Shown here: in pieces, positions 9,063 through 18,061 of the stretch
Layout: each line of letters begins with the position of its first letter
Position numbering within the stretch: the first letter of the stretch is position 1
IMG/VR virus record: IMGVR_UViG_3300032293_001810
Location: 1 to 63,017 of that record
DNA length: 63,017 nucleotides
From: a virus
Taxonomy: Duplodnaviria > Caudoviricetes
Reading direction: 5' to 3' (one strand)
Notes under the pieces: generated by a model
The model's database searches: none
Told to the model about the DNA's origin: nothing
The model's input: the letters and a program-made list of their open reading frames with translations, nothing else
Position numbers and translations under genes: made by a program

Positions 9063-10417
9063 AAGATCAAATAGCATCACTATATAGAAAGTATGTGTAT
9101 TTCTACACGGAAGAAAGCATAGCTAAAATCATCGTTCAAAGCCTACTACTTCGTATGCTTTTAGGTGAGAATGAAGAGTATGTATCTCACTATGCTTTGA
9201 GAGATAAGCTAAGGCAAGTTGCCTATCAGCAGTATGACTATAGTTACTTGATTGAGCCTGAAGTCTTTAACTCTGAGAAATCCCTTGAAATTTACAATCA
9301 AGTCAAGGACTTTGATTTGATGGGGGATGTTGACGATCTGGGGATTGTGTTTGAAGGCTTGATGAGTAGAGCGGATGCCCAAAAGCTTGGGGCTTTCTAT
9401 ACTCCCCCAACACTCGCTAGCCTTATCATTCAAATTAGCTTACTAGATAAAGACAAGGAAACGGATCTAAAAATCTATGATCCAGCTATGGGGACGGCGG
9501 GCTTACTTGTTATTGCACACAAGCATATTCTGAGAGTAAGACAAAACCTTGATGTTGATTACTATGGGCAAGAGTTTAACTCAACCTCATGGAAGATAGC
9601 TTGTATCAATGCTCTACTTTATCAAATGAGTTTCTACTTTGGTAATCTACCAGGTAGCACAATGTACGATGATAAGCATAAGGATTTACGAGCCGATATT
9701 ATCCTAGCAAATCCACCTTACAATCAAAAGGCATGGGATATAGGTTTAGATTTAGCTAATGATCCACGCTTTAAAGACTTTCCCAAACCACCGTCAAGCA
9801 ATGGTAATTTTGCTTGGATACTTCATTGCTTGTACCACCTAAATCATAAGGGTATTGCATGCATTGTCATGGCTAACGGCTCACTCACTACAAATCAAAA
9901 AGATGAGCTTATTGTAAGACAATACCTAATTAAGCATGATTTGATAGAGGCTATCATCACACTACCGCCTAAACTCTTTGTAAGTACGGGAATACCTTGT
10001 TGTATATGGGTACTAAACAAGAAAAAGATAAGAATAGGTCAAATGCTTCTTATTGACATATCAAGTCAAGGTCAGCCTATTAGCAAGAAACAAAATGAGC
10101 TGAGTGCTGATACAATCAATAAGGTGCTAGAGGATATTAGCAAGTGGAGAGAGGGACATGAGATACAAAATATCAATAATCTTGTGAGTATTGATTACAC
10201 ACGAGTTTTTGAGAAGAATTTCAATCTATCACCTAGTCAATACCTTGAGGTGGATGTTGAGAGAGTAGAGATTACGGAAGAAAGCTTTATTGAAAAGCTT
10301 AGCAAATTAATTTACGACTTTGAGAGGCTAGCCGATGAAGAGAAAAAATTATCTATTGAGATTATCTCTAACCTGAAGAAGCTAAAGTACGAACAAGCTG
10401 ATAACGATGAAATTTAA
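9059..10417 (+). CDS. hsdM: Type I R-M methyltransferase subunit (orphan)
   Basis: GAFYTP, YDPAMGTAG, YGQE, NPPY, C-terminal FNLSPSQY plus coiled coil. Confidence 0.88.
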   Translation: MKDQIASLYRKYVYFYTEESIAKIIVQSLLLRMLLGENEEYVSHYALRDKLRQVAYQQYDYSYLIEPEVFNSEKSLEIYNQVKDFDLMGDVDDLGIVFEGLMSRADAQKLGAFYTPPTLASLIIQISLLDKDKETDLKIYDPAMGTAGLLVIAHKHILRVRQNLDVDYYGQEFNSTSWKIACINALLYQMSFYFGNLPGSTMYDDKHKDLRADIILANPPYNQKAWDIGLDLANDPRFKDFPKPPSSNGNFAWILHCLYHLNHKGIACIVMANGSLTTNQKDELIVRQYLIKHDLIEAIITLPPKLFVSTGIPCCIWVLNKKKIRIGQMLLIDISSQGQPISKKQNELSADTINKVLEDISKWREGHEIQNINNLVSIDYTRVFEKNFNLSPSQYLEVDVERVEITEESFIEKLSKLIYDFERLADEEKKLSIEIISNLKKLKYEQADNDEI

Positions 10418-10457
10418 TTTTAGTGACTTGTGTTATTGATCTGAAAGGATCCACACT

Positions 10458-10766
10458 ATGTTCACACTACAAGATATATCAAGCGGGGAACTATTCCAAA
10501 AGGTTGCATTAGCAATTACCCCCAAAGAAGAGCAGCAAGATTTCATTGCTGATATTTGCCTAGTCTATGACGAGCTTGCAAAGCTTAGTTATACACAAAT
10601 GAAACTCAATCAATTCACAAGGACTAAGTCCGTACTTCATCCAGTGATAGAGGATTGCTTTGAACTTATTCTTAAAACAATCCTCTTAGTAGGTGCACAA
10701 AATAGCATCCATGTACTTGTCCGCCCATCTCTATTAACCGTACTAAGAAGTAGAAATCATGTTTGA
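10458..10766 (+). CDS. Hypothetical protein
   Basis: AAAGGA SD; overlaps the next gene. Confidence 0.55.
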   Translation: MFTLQDISSGELFQKVALAITPKEEQQDFIADICLVYDELAKLSYTQMKLNQFTRTKSVLHPVIEDCFELILKTILLVGAQNSIHVLVRPSLLTVLRSRNHV

Positions 10767-11943
10767 CGATAGAGCATTAGCCTTAGAGGATAGGATCAAA
10801 GAAATCCAAAGAGAAGAACAAGACAAAGCAAAGGCTAAACTTGTCCTGATGATTAAGGGCGGTCAGCTTGATGGGATTAATCGAGCAATCCAAAGATTTG
10901 AGAAAGCCTTAGATATCCCCGTTATTCAAGCGATTTGGCACGATTGTAAGCATGACATATCAATTGATCCAAACATGAGAATACCACCTAAATTTGCGGT
11001 GTACTTGAGTAAGACTCTAGCACAATATAGCGACAAGCTAGAACTATGTGATGACGCAATCAAGTGTGGTGCAATTGGGGCTTTTTCACTAGAAGAAATT
11101 GCAAGTATTACACAATGCACAATCAATCAAGTCAACGAAGCAATTTTAAAACACATGCAAGGGAAGATCATGCAACAACCAAAAGAAAATCTAATTCCTA
11201 GTGAACTTGTACCCTATTTCAAGAGGCCTCAAGAAGAGTTTTTCACGATGAGTAGAACGGCAATCGTGAGAGAACTACAAAAGAACGGTATCTTTGAGTT
11301 TTTCAGCCAAACCACCGTCGCAAGGCTACTTCAAGTATCAGAGCGAACGGTAAGATATGGCCTTGAAAATCCACAAGTACCACCAAAAGGTGATGAACTT
11401 TCACCTCTTGCCTTAGAACTAAAGAATGATCCAGATTTTCAAAGGCACAAGTTTGTAACTCGTAACTCTCTTTTAAGTGCGATTTATCGTCATCCTAGAT
11501 ACACCTTACTCAGAACTTCCGAGATTGCTAAAATAGTGAATTGTCCCCTTAGCAATGCCTCAAATATAAAGGCAAAAGTACTTGATCAGAAAATACAAAA
11601 GGAAGAGGAAGTTATACAAAAGGAACAAGAACAACCTAAGCCTAAACAAGCTGAGCCTATTGTTGAGACAATCATTGAGCCAAAGCAAGCTGAGCCTATT
11701 GTTGAAACAATCATTGAGCCTAAACAAGCTGAAACAAAACAAGCTGAGCAAAAACAAGCTGATCCTATTGTTGAGACAATCATTGAGCCTAAAAAGATCG
11801 GTCAAGGCAAGAAGATCGTATATAAACAAAAAATTGATGATCTTCTACTCATCCTATATCCTGATGGTATCTCAAGAGAGCAAATTAGCAATCTAAGCAA
11901 AGTAATGAAGCACCTAAATCGTGCGATAAGATCGAAAGGATAG
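10759..11943 (+). CDS. Multi-HTH protein with a sigma-region-4-like HTH and a repeat linker
   Basis: FSLEEIASITQCT, SQTTVARLLQVSERTVR, RTSEIAKIVNC; EPIVETIIEPKQA repeats. Confidence 0.65.
   Translation: MFDDRALALEDRIKEIQREEQDKAKAKLVLMIKGGQLDGINRAIQRFEKALDIPVIQAIWHDCKHDISIDPNMRIPPKFAVYLSKTLAQYSDKLELCDDAIKCGAIGAFSLEEIASITQCTINQVNEAILKHMQGKIMQQPKENLIPSELVPYFKRPQEEFFTMSRTAIVRELQKNGIFEFFSQTTVARLLQVSERTVRYGLENPQVPPKGDELSPLALELKNDPDFQRHKFVTRNSLLSAIYRHPRYTLLRTSEIAKIVNCPLSNASNIKAKVLDQKIQKEEEVIQKEQEQPKPKQAEPIVETIIEPKQAEPIVETIIEPKQAETKQAEQKQADPIVETIIEPKKIGQGKKIVYKQKIDDLLLILYPDGISREQISNLSKVMKHLNRAIRSKG
11641..11793 (+). repeat. Coding tandem repeat, 39-bp unit (PKQAEPIVETIIE) with 15-bp KQAE sub-repeats
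   Basis: CCTATTGTTGARACAATCATTGAGCC occurs three times. Confidence 0.9.
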
Positions 11944-11950
11944 AATGATC

Positions 11951-12151
11951 ATGGCAATTTATACACTCCAGTGCAAAAAATGCCGAACTGAAAGCACAAA
12001 GAGAATGAGCATGGATGATAAAATCCCTTCTACATGCGATAGTATCAATCATAACGGTTGTGATGGTGAGCTTGTTAAAATCATCACTGGCTCACAATTT
12101 GCCCTCAAAGGTAGTGGATGGTTTAGGGATGGATATTTTAAGCAAAGGTAG
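11951..12151 (+). CDS. FmdB-family zinc-ribbon protein
   Basis: MAIY..QCKKC...C...C.G.L.K, then F.LKGSGWF.DGY. Confidence 0.8.
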   Translation: MAIYTLQCKKCRTESTKRMSMDDKIPSTCDSINHNGCDGELVKIITGSQFALKGSGWFRDGYFKQR

Positions 12152-12198
12152 ATACTAAATTTGTGTTATTCATGTAGAACTTTTACACGGAGCGATAC

Positions 12199-12495
12199 AT
12201 GACTACTACCTTGCACGACCAGATACTTGAAGCAATTACCTCACAATTAAAATTAATCGAAGGGATTGCAGCAAAGCCCACATTTCAAAACTTACTCAAG
12301 CTAAATCAAATTGCTGATGATCTTTACACTTTGGCAAAGCAAGGTGATGAGTATAACCGCCTTGTGATTGATGGTATCAAAGAAGAATGGCTCAAGCCTC
12401 TCAGTGTATTAAATCAATTAAAGACTTTACTCAAGGACGGTGTACTACCCCCAAATCCTACGGAAAATGTAGACGAGATTTCGCCTAAAAAGTAG
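12199..12495 (+). CDS. Hypothetical protein
   Basis: GGAG SD; 98-aa ORF. Confidence 0.55.
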   Translation: MTTTLHDQILEAITSQLKLIEGIAAKPTFQNLLKLNQIADDLYTLAKQGDEYNRLVIDGIKEEWLKPLSVLNQLKTLLKDGVLPPNPTENVDEISPKK

Positions 12496-12548
12496 GATGC
12501 AAATACAATGCTGATCATCGTAGTTTTAACTTTTTTTTTAATTTTATC

Positions 12549-12577
12549 TTGCTTTTATATAGATAAATTTTTATATT
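12549..12577 (+). promoter_or_regulatory. Putative sigma70 promoter for the primase-helicase gene
   Basis: TTGCTT-17-TATATT with an upstream T-tract. Confidence 0.5.
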
Positions 12578-12649
12578 GTCCTAATCAAATGATTTCACCG
12601 AACAACCTCACAACATGGTGGATCATCATATATACTTGGAGCATGTCAA

Positions 12650-15600
12650 ATGAGAACTAGCTTTAAATCTCTCAAAAAAGAAGATAAAGATCAAGGTATT
12701 GTAAAATTCAAGCAAGCCTTGGGGATTGGTGCGGTAGGTAGAAAGAAATGGCAAAGCCCTTACGATTATGCAAATGCTGATCATAAGCTAGGCTCTGAGA
12801 GCATTTACGATCTTAATGTACTTGATAGCCTTAATAAGGTAGGTATTGGACCAGGTCAAGCTATTGTGAAGTTAAATGGTAGTGATTTGAATATGTTCGT
12901 AACTACTGGGGCATATGCTAAGCGAGGGATTGAACAAGCTAAAACATCCCCCGATTATGTTGCTTTAGATGGTAAAGATTGCCTCAAGGTTTTAAATCTA
13001 TTCTTAGAGATTGATTTCAAAGGTGCTGATAGAGATTGGTATCACGATCAAGTAAAGCATGGTACATATTCTCACGATTTAGGTCAGAAGATAGAAGCTG
13101 AAATAGCATATTTAAAGACTATCAAAGAAATCAAACAAGCCCCCTCTATGATTGTCTTATCAAAGAATGGTATCCATATCCATTTTGCTCTTAGTCTTGC
13201 CTCTGGTTGGTCACATGCTGGCATTCAATACCTACTTGATCTACCAACACAAGAGCAAGAACAATTTTGTATAGATGCGGGTATCTCAAGCATTGGTGAT
13301 TTAGAGCCTCAATATTTCGATGGTAAGGAAAGTAATTGTATTAGAAATTGGTGGAAAAAGGTATTTGAGAGCAACAATTTGAAGGATCGTAATTATGATG
13401 ACGCCGTACTAGATATAGGCTCACGCAAGTGTAGAGAGGTGGGGATGTACCACACTAAAGACTTGAACAATCCTTGGTTAATGGAGCCGTTCTTTTCATC
13501 AAGTTATAGTCAAAATCCTATCAAGCCTACAATCGAGCAACCTACAAAAAAAGATGAAGAGAAGAAGACTAGATTGCTTATGGAAAAAATTGTGGACGGT
13601 AAGACACCTCACCGTCATTTAGATGGATCAGAGCTTATCTCTATCGGTGCTACTGGTAAAAAGACACAAGTAAAGCATGAACAAATTACCGTTCAAGAAC
13701 TAGTGGACAATTGGGATAAGTACAATAGCGAATATGGTATGAAAGGTGATAAAATTCAAGCATGCTTAGATTTCCTATCTCCAGAGATGCCAAAGCCTTA
13801 TGAGTCAATCGGTGGTGCATTTGTGAATAAGAGTGAGGACGGTGCATTACTCATTCACCTCGTGCATCCTATGAAACCTAAAACATCAAGTGGTAATCAA
13901 ATCAGTTTATTTGTGCTACCTACTGACAAGCAAGCAACAAAGATGAAGAACAAGGCTATCTCAGCCGCTCTCGCTCTTGATATTGATGCTAAGACGGGCA
14001 AGATTGAAAAGACCGAAACTAATCTAAGAATTATTTTGCAAAAGGATCAGCTTATCACCTCAATCTATAAGCTTGATATCTTGCGGGGGCAAATGGTTGT
14101 CCATCATGCAATTAAGACAAGTTCTACAAGCCCATCATCATGTATTGAACTTGATCAACCTATTGCTGATCAGATCAAGGGAAAGATCAAGAATAAAGCC
14201 TTTTGTAAGATGAAGGCTAGGGAAATGCAAGATGAGGACTTTATCGTTCTTCAAGCCCATATCAAACAAATCTATGGGGTAGAATATCCACGCCCCCAAA
14301 TCATTGAGAATATCAAGGCTTGTTTCAGTACTAATCCCTCTATGGATGTTAAGTTTAATCTCGTGCATGAGAAATTCTTAGGTCACTATGAAAAATGGGT
14401 AAAGGCTGGTCGTCCCCAAATGCTAGATACTTGGCTACCAGATACACTACAAGTTAGTAAAACAATCAATCCCGAATACTATGCTCACCTCTCAATGGTT
14501 GGTCGTAAGCTTTTAATAGGTCTTACCGCTCGTGCATACTCTTTCTCTGATCCTACAAAACTTGAAATGATGTTATGTATTACGGGCAAATCTCAAGGGA
14601 CGGGGAAGAGTACTTTCTCTGAAACTTTAGTTAGATCATTACTTGACCTTTTCGGTGTAGAGACATCCACCGCCGGCCATATGGATAACCGCTTTATCCT
14701 TAGCACAAGACAAGATGACAATAAGAGCGGGGATAAGATTTTAAGCTATGAAGGTAAATTGATCTATCAGCTTGAAGAGTTTGGCACGGATCAAGTAGGT
14801 AAGAAATCAGCAAATCAATTAAAGAATGCAATCTCTGAGAAGAGTGTTGAAGGTCGATCAGCTTATGAAAGATTTAATCGCTCTCTCAATTACACTCACT
14901 TTATTGTCAGTACTACAAATGATAGATACTTCCTACATGAAGGTGATGGTGACCAACGCCGTTTCTTAATCCTTGATCTTGATTATGTAGGTACGGACGG
15001 CTACTATGCTATCCCCCTAGACGGTATCAAAAAGCCCGTGAATTTCTTAAAAGGCAATGAAGGCTTCATTGATCGTGATTTGATGGCAAGCTTACTTAAC
15101 CTTGCTTTTGGTGAAGCTTTTGCTCGTGCTATCCATGGTGAAATTCAATCAGGCACCGCTAAGGATTTACTAGCCGTTCGCTCAGCCAAAGATGTCCTCA
15201 CTGGTCAACCTACCGATCAAGAAATTGTGTGCGAAATGCCTCGCTTATCTCATGAAGAAAAAGCTAAGGTAGCCGTATTTAATAAGCGTTATGAAATGGG
15301 TAGTGAGAGAATGAAAGACGCTTTAATCAAGTTCTTCAAAGATCAAGGTGAGAACAATTTCAGCTTCAAGTATCATGCTTTAGAAGCTGGTGTAAAAGAA
15401 GAGGTTGGATTTATCAAGCACCAAAATCAAGTGATTGAGGCTATGGGTAGCCTTGAATATCCTCTTGTAAAAGTAGAGCGTAAGGTTGGCGGTACTTGCT
15501 GGCAATTCGTAGCTAAGGATGGTAAGAGCTTGCTTGATTTCAATCCTTATGCTGGACTTCGTGATGATGAAGAAGAGAGCAAGACCTTGAGAGCGGTAAG

Positions 15601-16072
15601 AGAGCATGACTTGACCGTTCGCTCACTAGAACAAAAGATCAAAGAACTTGAAGAGGCTCTTAAAAAACAACAAAGCATTGTAGTAAAAGAACCAGAGATT
15701 ATTATCCTCGACAAGTCTGAGTCCTTTGATACCTTTACCCCAGAGATTGAAGAAGACGATGATGATGATTTCAAGTGGGAAATTGTCCCGTCTATTGCTC
15801 AAATCACCTCTCAATCAAGCTATACTCCTATCAAGGTGGATGCTGATGTGAAAACACTACTTGCACATAATCAAGCGGTGCAAAAAGCGAACATAGAACA
15901 AGGTGCACAACATCTTGCACAACATAGCAGCAAGCCTAGAGTAGAGATACCTACACCACCACCAAAGCAAAAGATTAAGGCAACAGATCCATTTGTCAGC
16001 CCACTAGATGATATTGATGAGAATGATCCAGAAATCATTAAAAACATCTTAAAAGTCTTCTCAAAAGATTGA
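12650..16072 (+). CDS. Primase-helicase: N-terminal AEP-like primase plus VapE/VirE-type P-loop helicase
   Basis: LEIDF and SKNGIHIHF (primase motifs); QGTGKST Walker A, QLEEF, GRSAYER, STTND, GDQRRF. Confidence 0.8.
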   Translation: MRTSFKSLKKEDKDQGIVKFKQALGIGAVGRKKWQSPYDYANADHKLGSESIYDLNVLDSLNKVGIGPGQAIVKLNGSDLNMFVTTGAYAKRGIEQAKTSPDYVALDGKDCLKVLNLFLEIDFKGADRDWYHDQVKHGTYSHDLGQKIEAEIAYLKTIKEIKQAPSMIVLSKNGIHIHFALSLASGWSHAGIQYLLDLPTQEQEQFCIDAGISSIGDLEPQYFDGKESNCIRNWWKKVFESNNLKDRNYDDAVLDIGSRKCREVGMYHTKDLNNPWLMEPFFSSSYSQNPIKPTIEQPTKKDEEKKTRLLMEKIVDGKTPHRHLDGSELISIGATGKKTQVKHEQITVQELVDNWDKYNSEYGMKGDKIQACLDFLSPEMPKPYESIGGAFVNKSEDGALLIHLVHPMKPKTSSGNQISLFVLPTDKQATKMKNKAISAALALDIDAKTGKIEKTETNLRIILQKDQLITSIYKLDILRGQMVVHHAIKTSSTSPSSCIELDQPIADQIKGKIKNKAFCKMKAREMQDEDFIVLQAHIKQIYGVEYPRPQIIENIKACFSTNPSMDVKFNLVHEKFLGHYEKWVKAGRPQMLDTWLPDTLQVSKTINPEYYAHLSMVGRKLLIGLTARAYSFSDPTKLEMMLCITGKSQGTGKSTFSETLVRSLLDLFGVETSTAGHMDNRFILSTRQDDNKSGDKILSYEGKLIYQLEEFGTDQVGKKSANQLKNAISEKSVEGRSAYERFNRSLNYTHFIVSTTNDRYFLHEGDGDQRRFLILDLDYVGTDGYYAIPLDGIKKPVNFLKGNEGFIDRDLMASLLNLAFGEAFARAIHGEIQSGTAKDLLAVRSAKDVLTGQPTDQEIVCEMPRLSHEEKAKVAVFNKRYEMGSERMKDALIKFFKDQGENNFSFKYHALEAGVKEEVGFIKHQNQVIEAMGSLEYPLVKVERKVGGTCWQFVAKDGKSLLDFNPYAGLRDDEEESKTLRAVREHDLTVRSLEQKIKELEEALKKQQSIVVKEPEIIILDKSESFDTFTPEIEEDDDDDFKWEIVPSIAQITSQSSYTPIKVDADVKTLLAHNQAVQKANIEQGAQHLAQHSSKPRVEIPTPPPKQKIKATDPFVSPLDDIDENDPEIIKNILKVFSKD

Positions 16073-16097
16073 CCTTATATAAAGATTTTGATATACT
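16069..16097 (+). promoter_or_regulatory. Sigma70 promoter
   Basis: TTGACC-17-TATACT. Confidence 0.7.
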
Positions 16098-16142
16098 TTG
16101 ATCATAACAAAGCCGTCAACACTAATCAAAGTGAGTTTTTTT

Positions 16143-16652
16143 ATGGCAAAGCAAAATCAAAATGATGATATCTTCAGCTCTGATCCATTCCTTGATGAAA
16201 TTGCAGGTGCTAAACCTACAAGACAATCAGAGTATTTTGTTCCCGGTCATTTCCTCGTTCAGATCATCGATTTCAAGCGTGCTGAAACTAGAAAGAGAAG
16301 ACCGTTCATCGTTCTTGAAACTACCGTTCTCGATAGCGATGTAGCTGAACTTGGTACTGGATCAGAAGCTTCTTGGATGCAAATGCTTGATAGTGACCTT
16401 GCACCAGCAAATTTAAAGAATTTTATTCAAAGAGCCTTGAATTTGTCCGATAAAGGTGTTACTAAAGAAATCATTGCTAAAGCATTAGCACAAAATCCCG
16501 AAACTGGTCGGTCTTTCCTCTCAGGTCTCAAGATCGAAATCGTTGCCAAAGAGATTACCACTAAGGCCGGGACACCGTTCACCGTACTGAACTTTATCAA
16601 TGTCCCCGCTGACAAGCAAGATCAAGCGAAGAGATTAGCTGATCTAAAGTAA
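16143..16652 (+). CDS. Putative single-stranded DNA-binding (OB-fold-like) protein
   Basis: Lies next to the primase; beta-rich pattern PGHFLVQI...FIVLE...TTKAGTPFTV. Function inferred. Confidence 0.45.
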   Translation: MAKQNQNDDIFSSDPFLDEIAGAKPTRQSEYFVPGHFLVQIIDFKRAETRKRRPFIVLETTVLDSDVAELGTGSEASWMQMLDSDLAPANLKNFIQRALNLSDKGVTKEIIAKALAQNPETGRSFLSGLKIEIVAKEITTKAGTPFTVLNFINVPADKQDQAKRLADLK

Positions 16653-16790
16653 AAAAAAAAAAATCAAGCATGCTCCTTTTGGATGTTGTGTTGTTGATGC
16701 TTTGTAAAGCATGGGATAGGTGCAAGCTTGTCCCATGTGAATAATAAAATCCGTTTCGCATGCTCCACATACAGCGGATGAGTGAGATAG

Positions 16791-16820
16791 AAAAGCCTCG
16801 TTGAAAAGCGAGGCTTTTTT
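16791..16820 (+). terminator. Intrinsic terminator, possibly bidirectional
   Basis: AAAA-GCCTCGTT-GAAA-AGCGAGGC-TTTTTT. Confidence 0.8.
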
Positions 16821-16875
16821 ATTTGTGCTGAGATTAAATCAATTTTGTATGCTTGGGGGAAGAAGGAGAAAACAA

Positions 16876-17166
16876 ATGCAAGTACAAATACCTGGTAAGA
16901 GAAAGATCATGGGCACACCTATCACAAGCCTAAATTTCTTTACCCCTCAACAATATAGTTTTTCTGATTTTGACTCATCCAACATACAAGCCTTTTTCTA
17001 TGTCCCTATGACTCAAATGCTTACCGTTCTTTTCGTTCGTGGTGCGGTGTATGAATACTTCGGCGTACCTTGGCACATTGTGCAAGCTTGGAATGGGGCG
17101 GGTAGTAAAGGGCAATACCACTATTATTTAATTAGAATGAAATACTATTATAAGAGAGTAGCATAA
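16876..17166 (+). CDS. KTSC-domain protein
   Basis: SSNI....Y......L.V.F..G.VY.Y.GVP......A.SKG.Y....IR..Y.Y; AAGGAG SD. Confidence 0.85.
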   Translation: MQVQIPGKRKIMGTPITSLNFFTPQQYSFSDFDSSNIQAFFYVPMTQMLTVLFVRGAVYEYFGVPWHIVQAWNGAGSKGQYHYYLIRMKYYYKRVA

Positions 17167-17168
17167 AC

Positions 17169-17894
17169 TTATTTGATCTTGCCTAGTGTTTCCCAAAGCT
17201 CAGCCTTTTGCTCAGCTAATTCTTGATCTATCTTGTGAGCAATTTCCCACATTTTAGTAGCTTCAGGGAAAGCGATTGAAACGATGTTGTGCACCTCTTT
17301 GGCAAATGCTCTAATCTCTTGTTGTGCATGTGGATCAAGTCTTAGTGTAAGGAAATTGAATACGGCTTGTAAATCAGCCTTCCAAATGCATTCACTATAC
17401 ATCCCAACGGGCAATTGTATTCTCGCTTGCTCTCTACAAATACCTTGCTCTAGCATCCATCGGTAATTACGATAGGCAATTTCATAGCTTTCACTTAGTC
17501 TATCAAAGGCTTGATTCGAGACATGTGGATCTACTTCCCCATAGCTTGATTGCTTAGAACTAGGATGTTGTAATCTCCATGTTTGAGGTGTAAAAAAATC
17601 ATTTTCTTCAATCTCAGTGTATCGAGCTGAGGCTTCATTCCATGTACAACCTACAACATGTTTCATCCATTGGCGTAGCACAAAGATGGGGGCTTTGATC
17701 TTGAATTTGAGAGTAGTCATTCTAAAGGGGCTTGTATGCTCATGTTGCCAAAGGTATTTCATCAAGCGAAGATCTTTTAAAGTCATGTAGGTTGACTCTT
17801 TATTAAAACTCACTCTAGCAGCATTCACAATATCCAGATCAGTCCCTAGCTGATCGATCATAATCACATAACCTAAATCTAAATCATCACTCAT
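17169..17894 (-). CDS. thyX: Flavin-dependent thymidylate synthase
   Basis: IVNAARVS, HTSPF, RQWMKH...NEASARY, REQAR, LRLDPHAQQEIR; SD supports the start at 17894. Confidence 0.92.
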   Translation of the reverse strand: MSDDLDLGYVIMIDQLGTDLDIVNAARVSFNKESTYMTLKDLRLMKYLWQHEHTSPFRMTTLKFKIKAPIFVLRQWMKHVVGCTWNEASARYTEIEENDFFTPQTWRLQHPSSKQSSYGEVDPHVSNQAFDRLSESYEIAYRNYRWMLEQGICREQARIQLPVGMYSECIWKADLQAVFNFLTLRLDPHAQQEIRAFAKEVHNIVSIAFPEATKMWEIAHKIDQELAEQKAELWETLGKIK

Positions 17895-18061
17895 ATTTGA
17901 TCCTTTCATTTGATCTATCTCATAACACAAAGAGCAATCTCTTTTTAGAAAAAATCATTGTGGATCTATCAGCACATTTTAAAAAATTTTTTAATCATGC
18001 TTGATCTTATATATAAAAAAGTTTATATAGATTATCTCACTTTTAAAATGGAGCAATACCC

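Noticed and set aside
11560-11896. Overlapping alternative-frame and antisense ORFs here, and similar short shadow ORFs throughout the track
   Set aside because: They are by-products of coding repeats or of real genes on another frame or strand, with no SD or recognisable motifs.
17620-17680. ThyX signature KHV instead of RHR as a sign of inactivation or new chemistry
   Set aside because: The catalytic Ser/Arg (NEASARY) and other motifs are intact, so this is most likely ordinary family variation.
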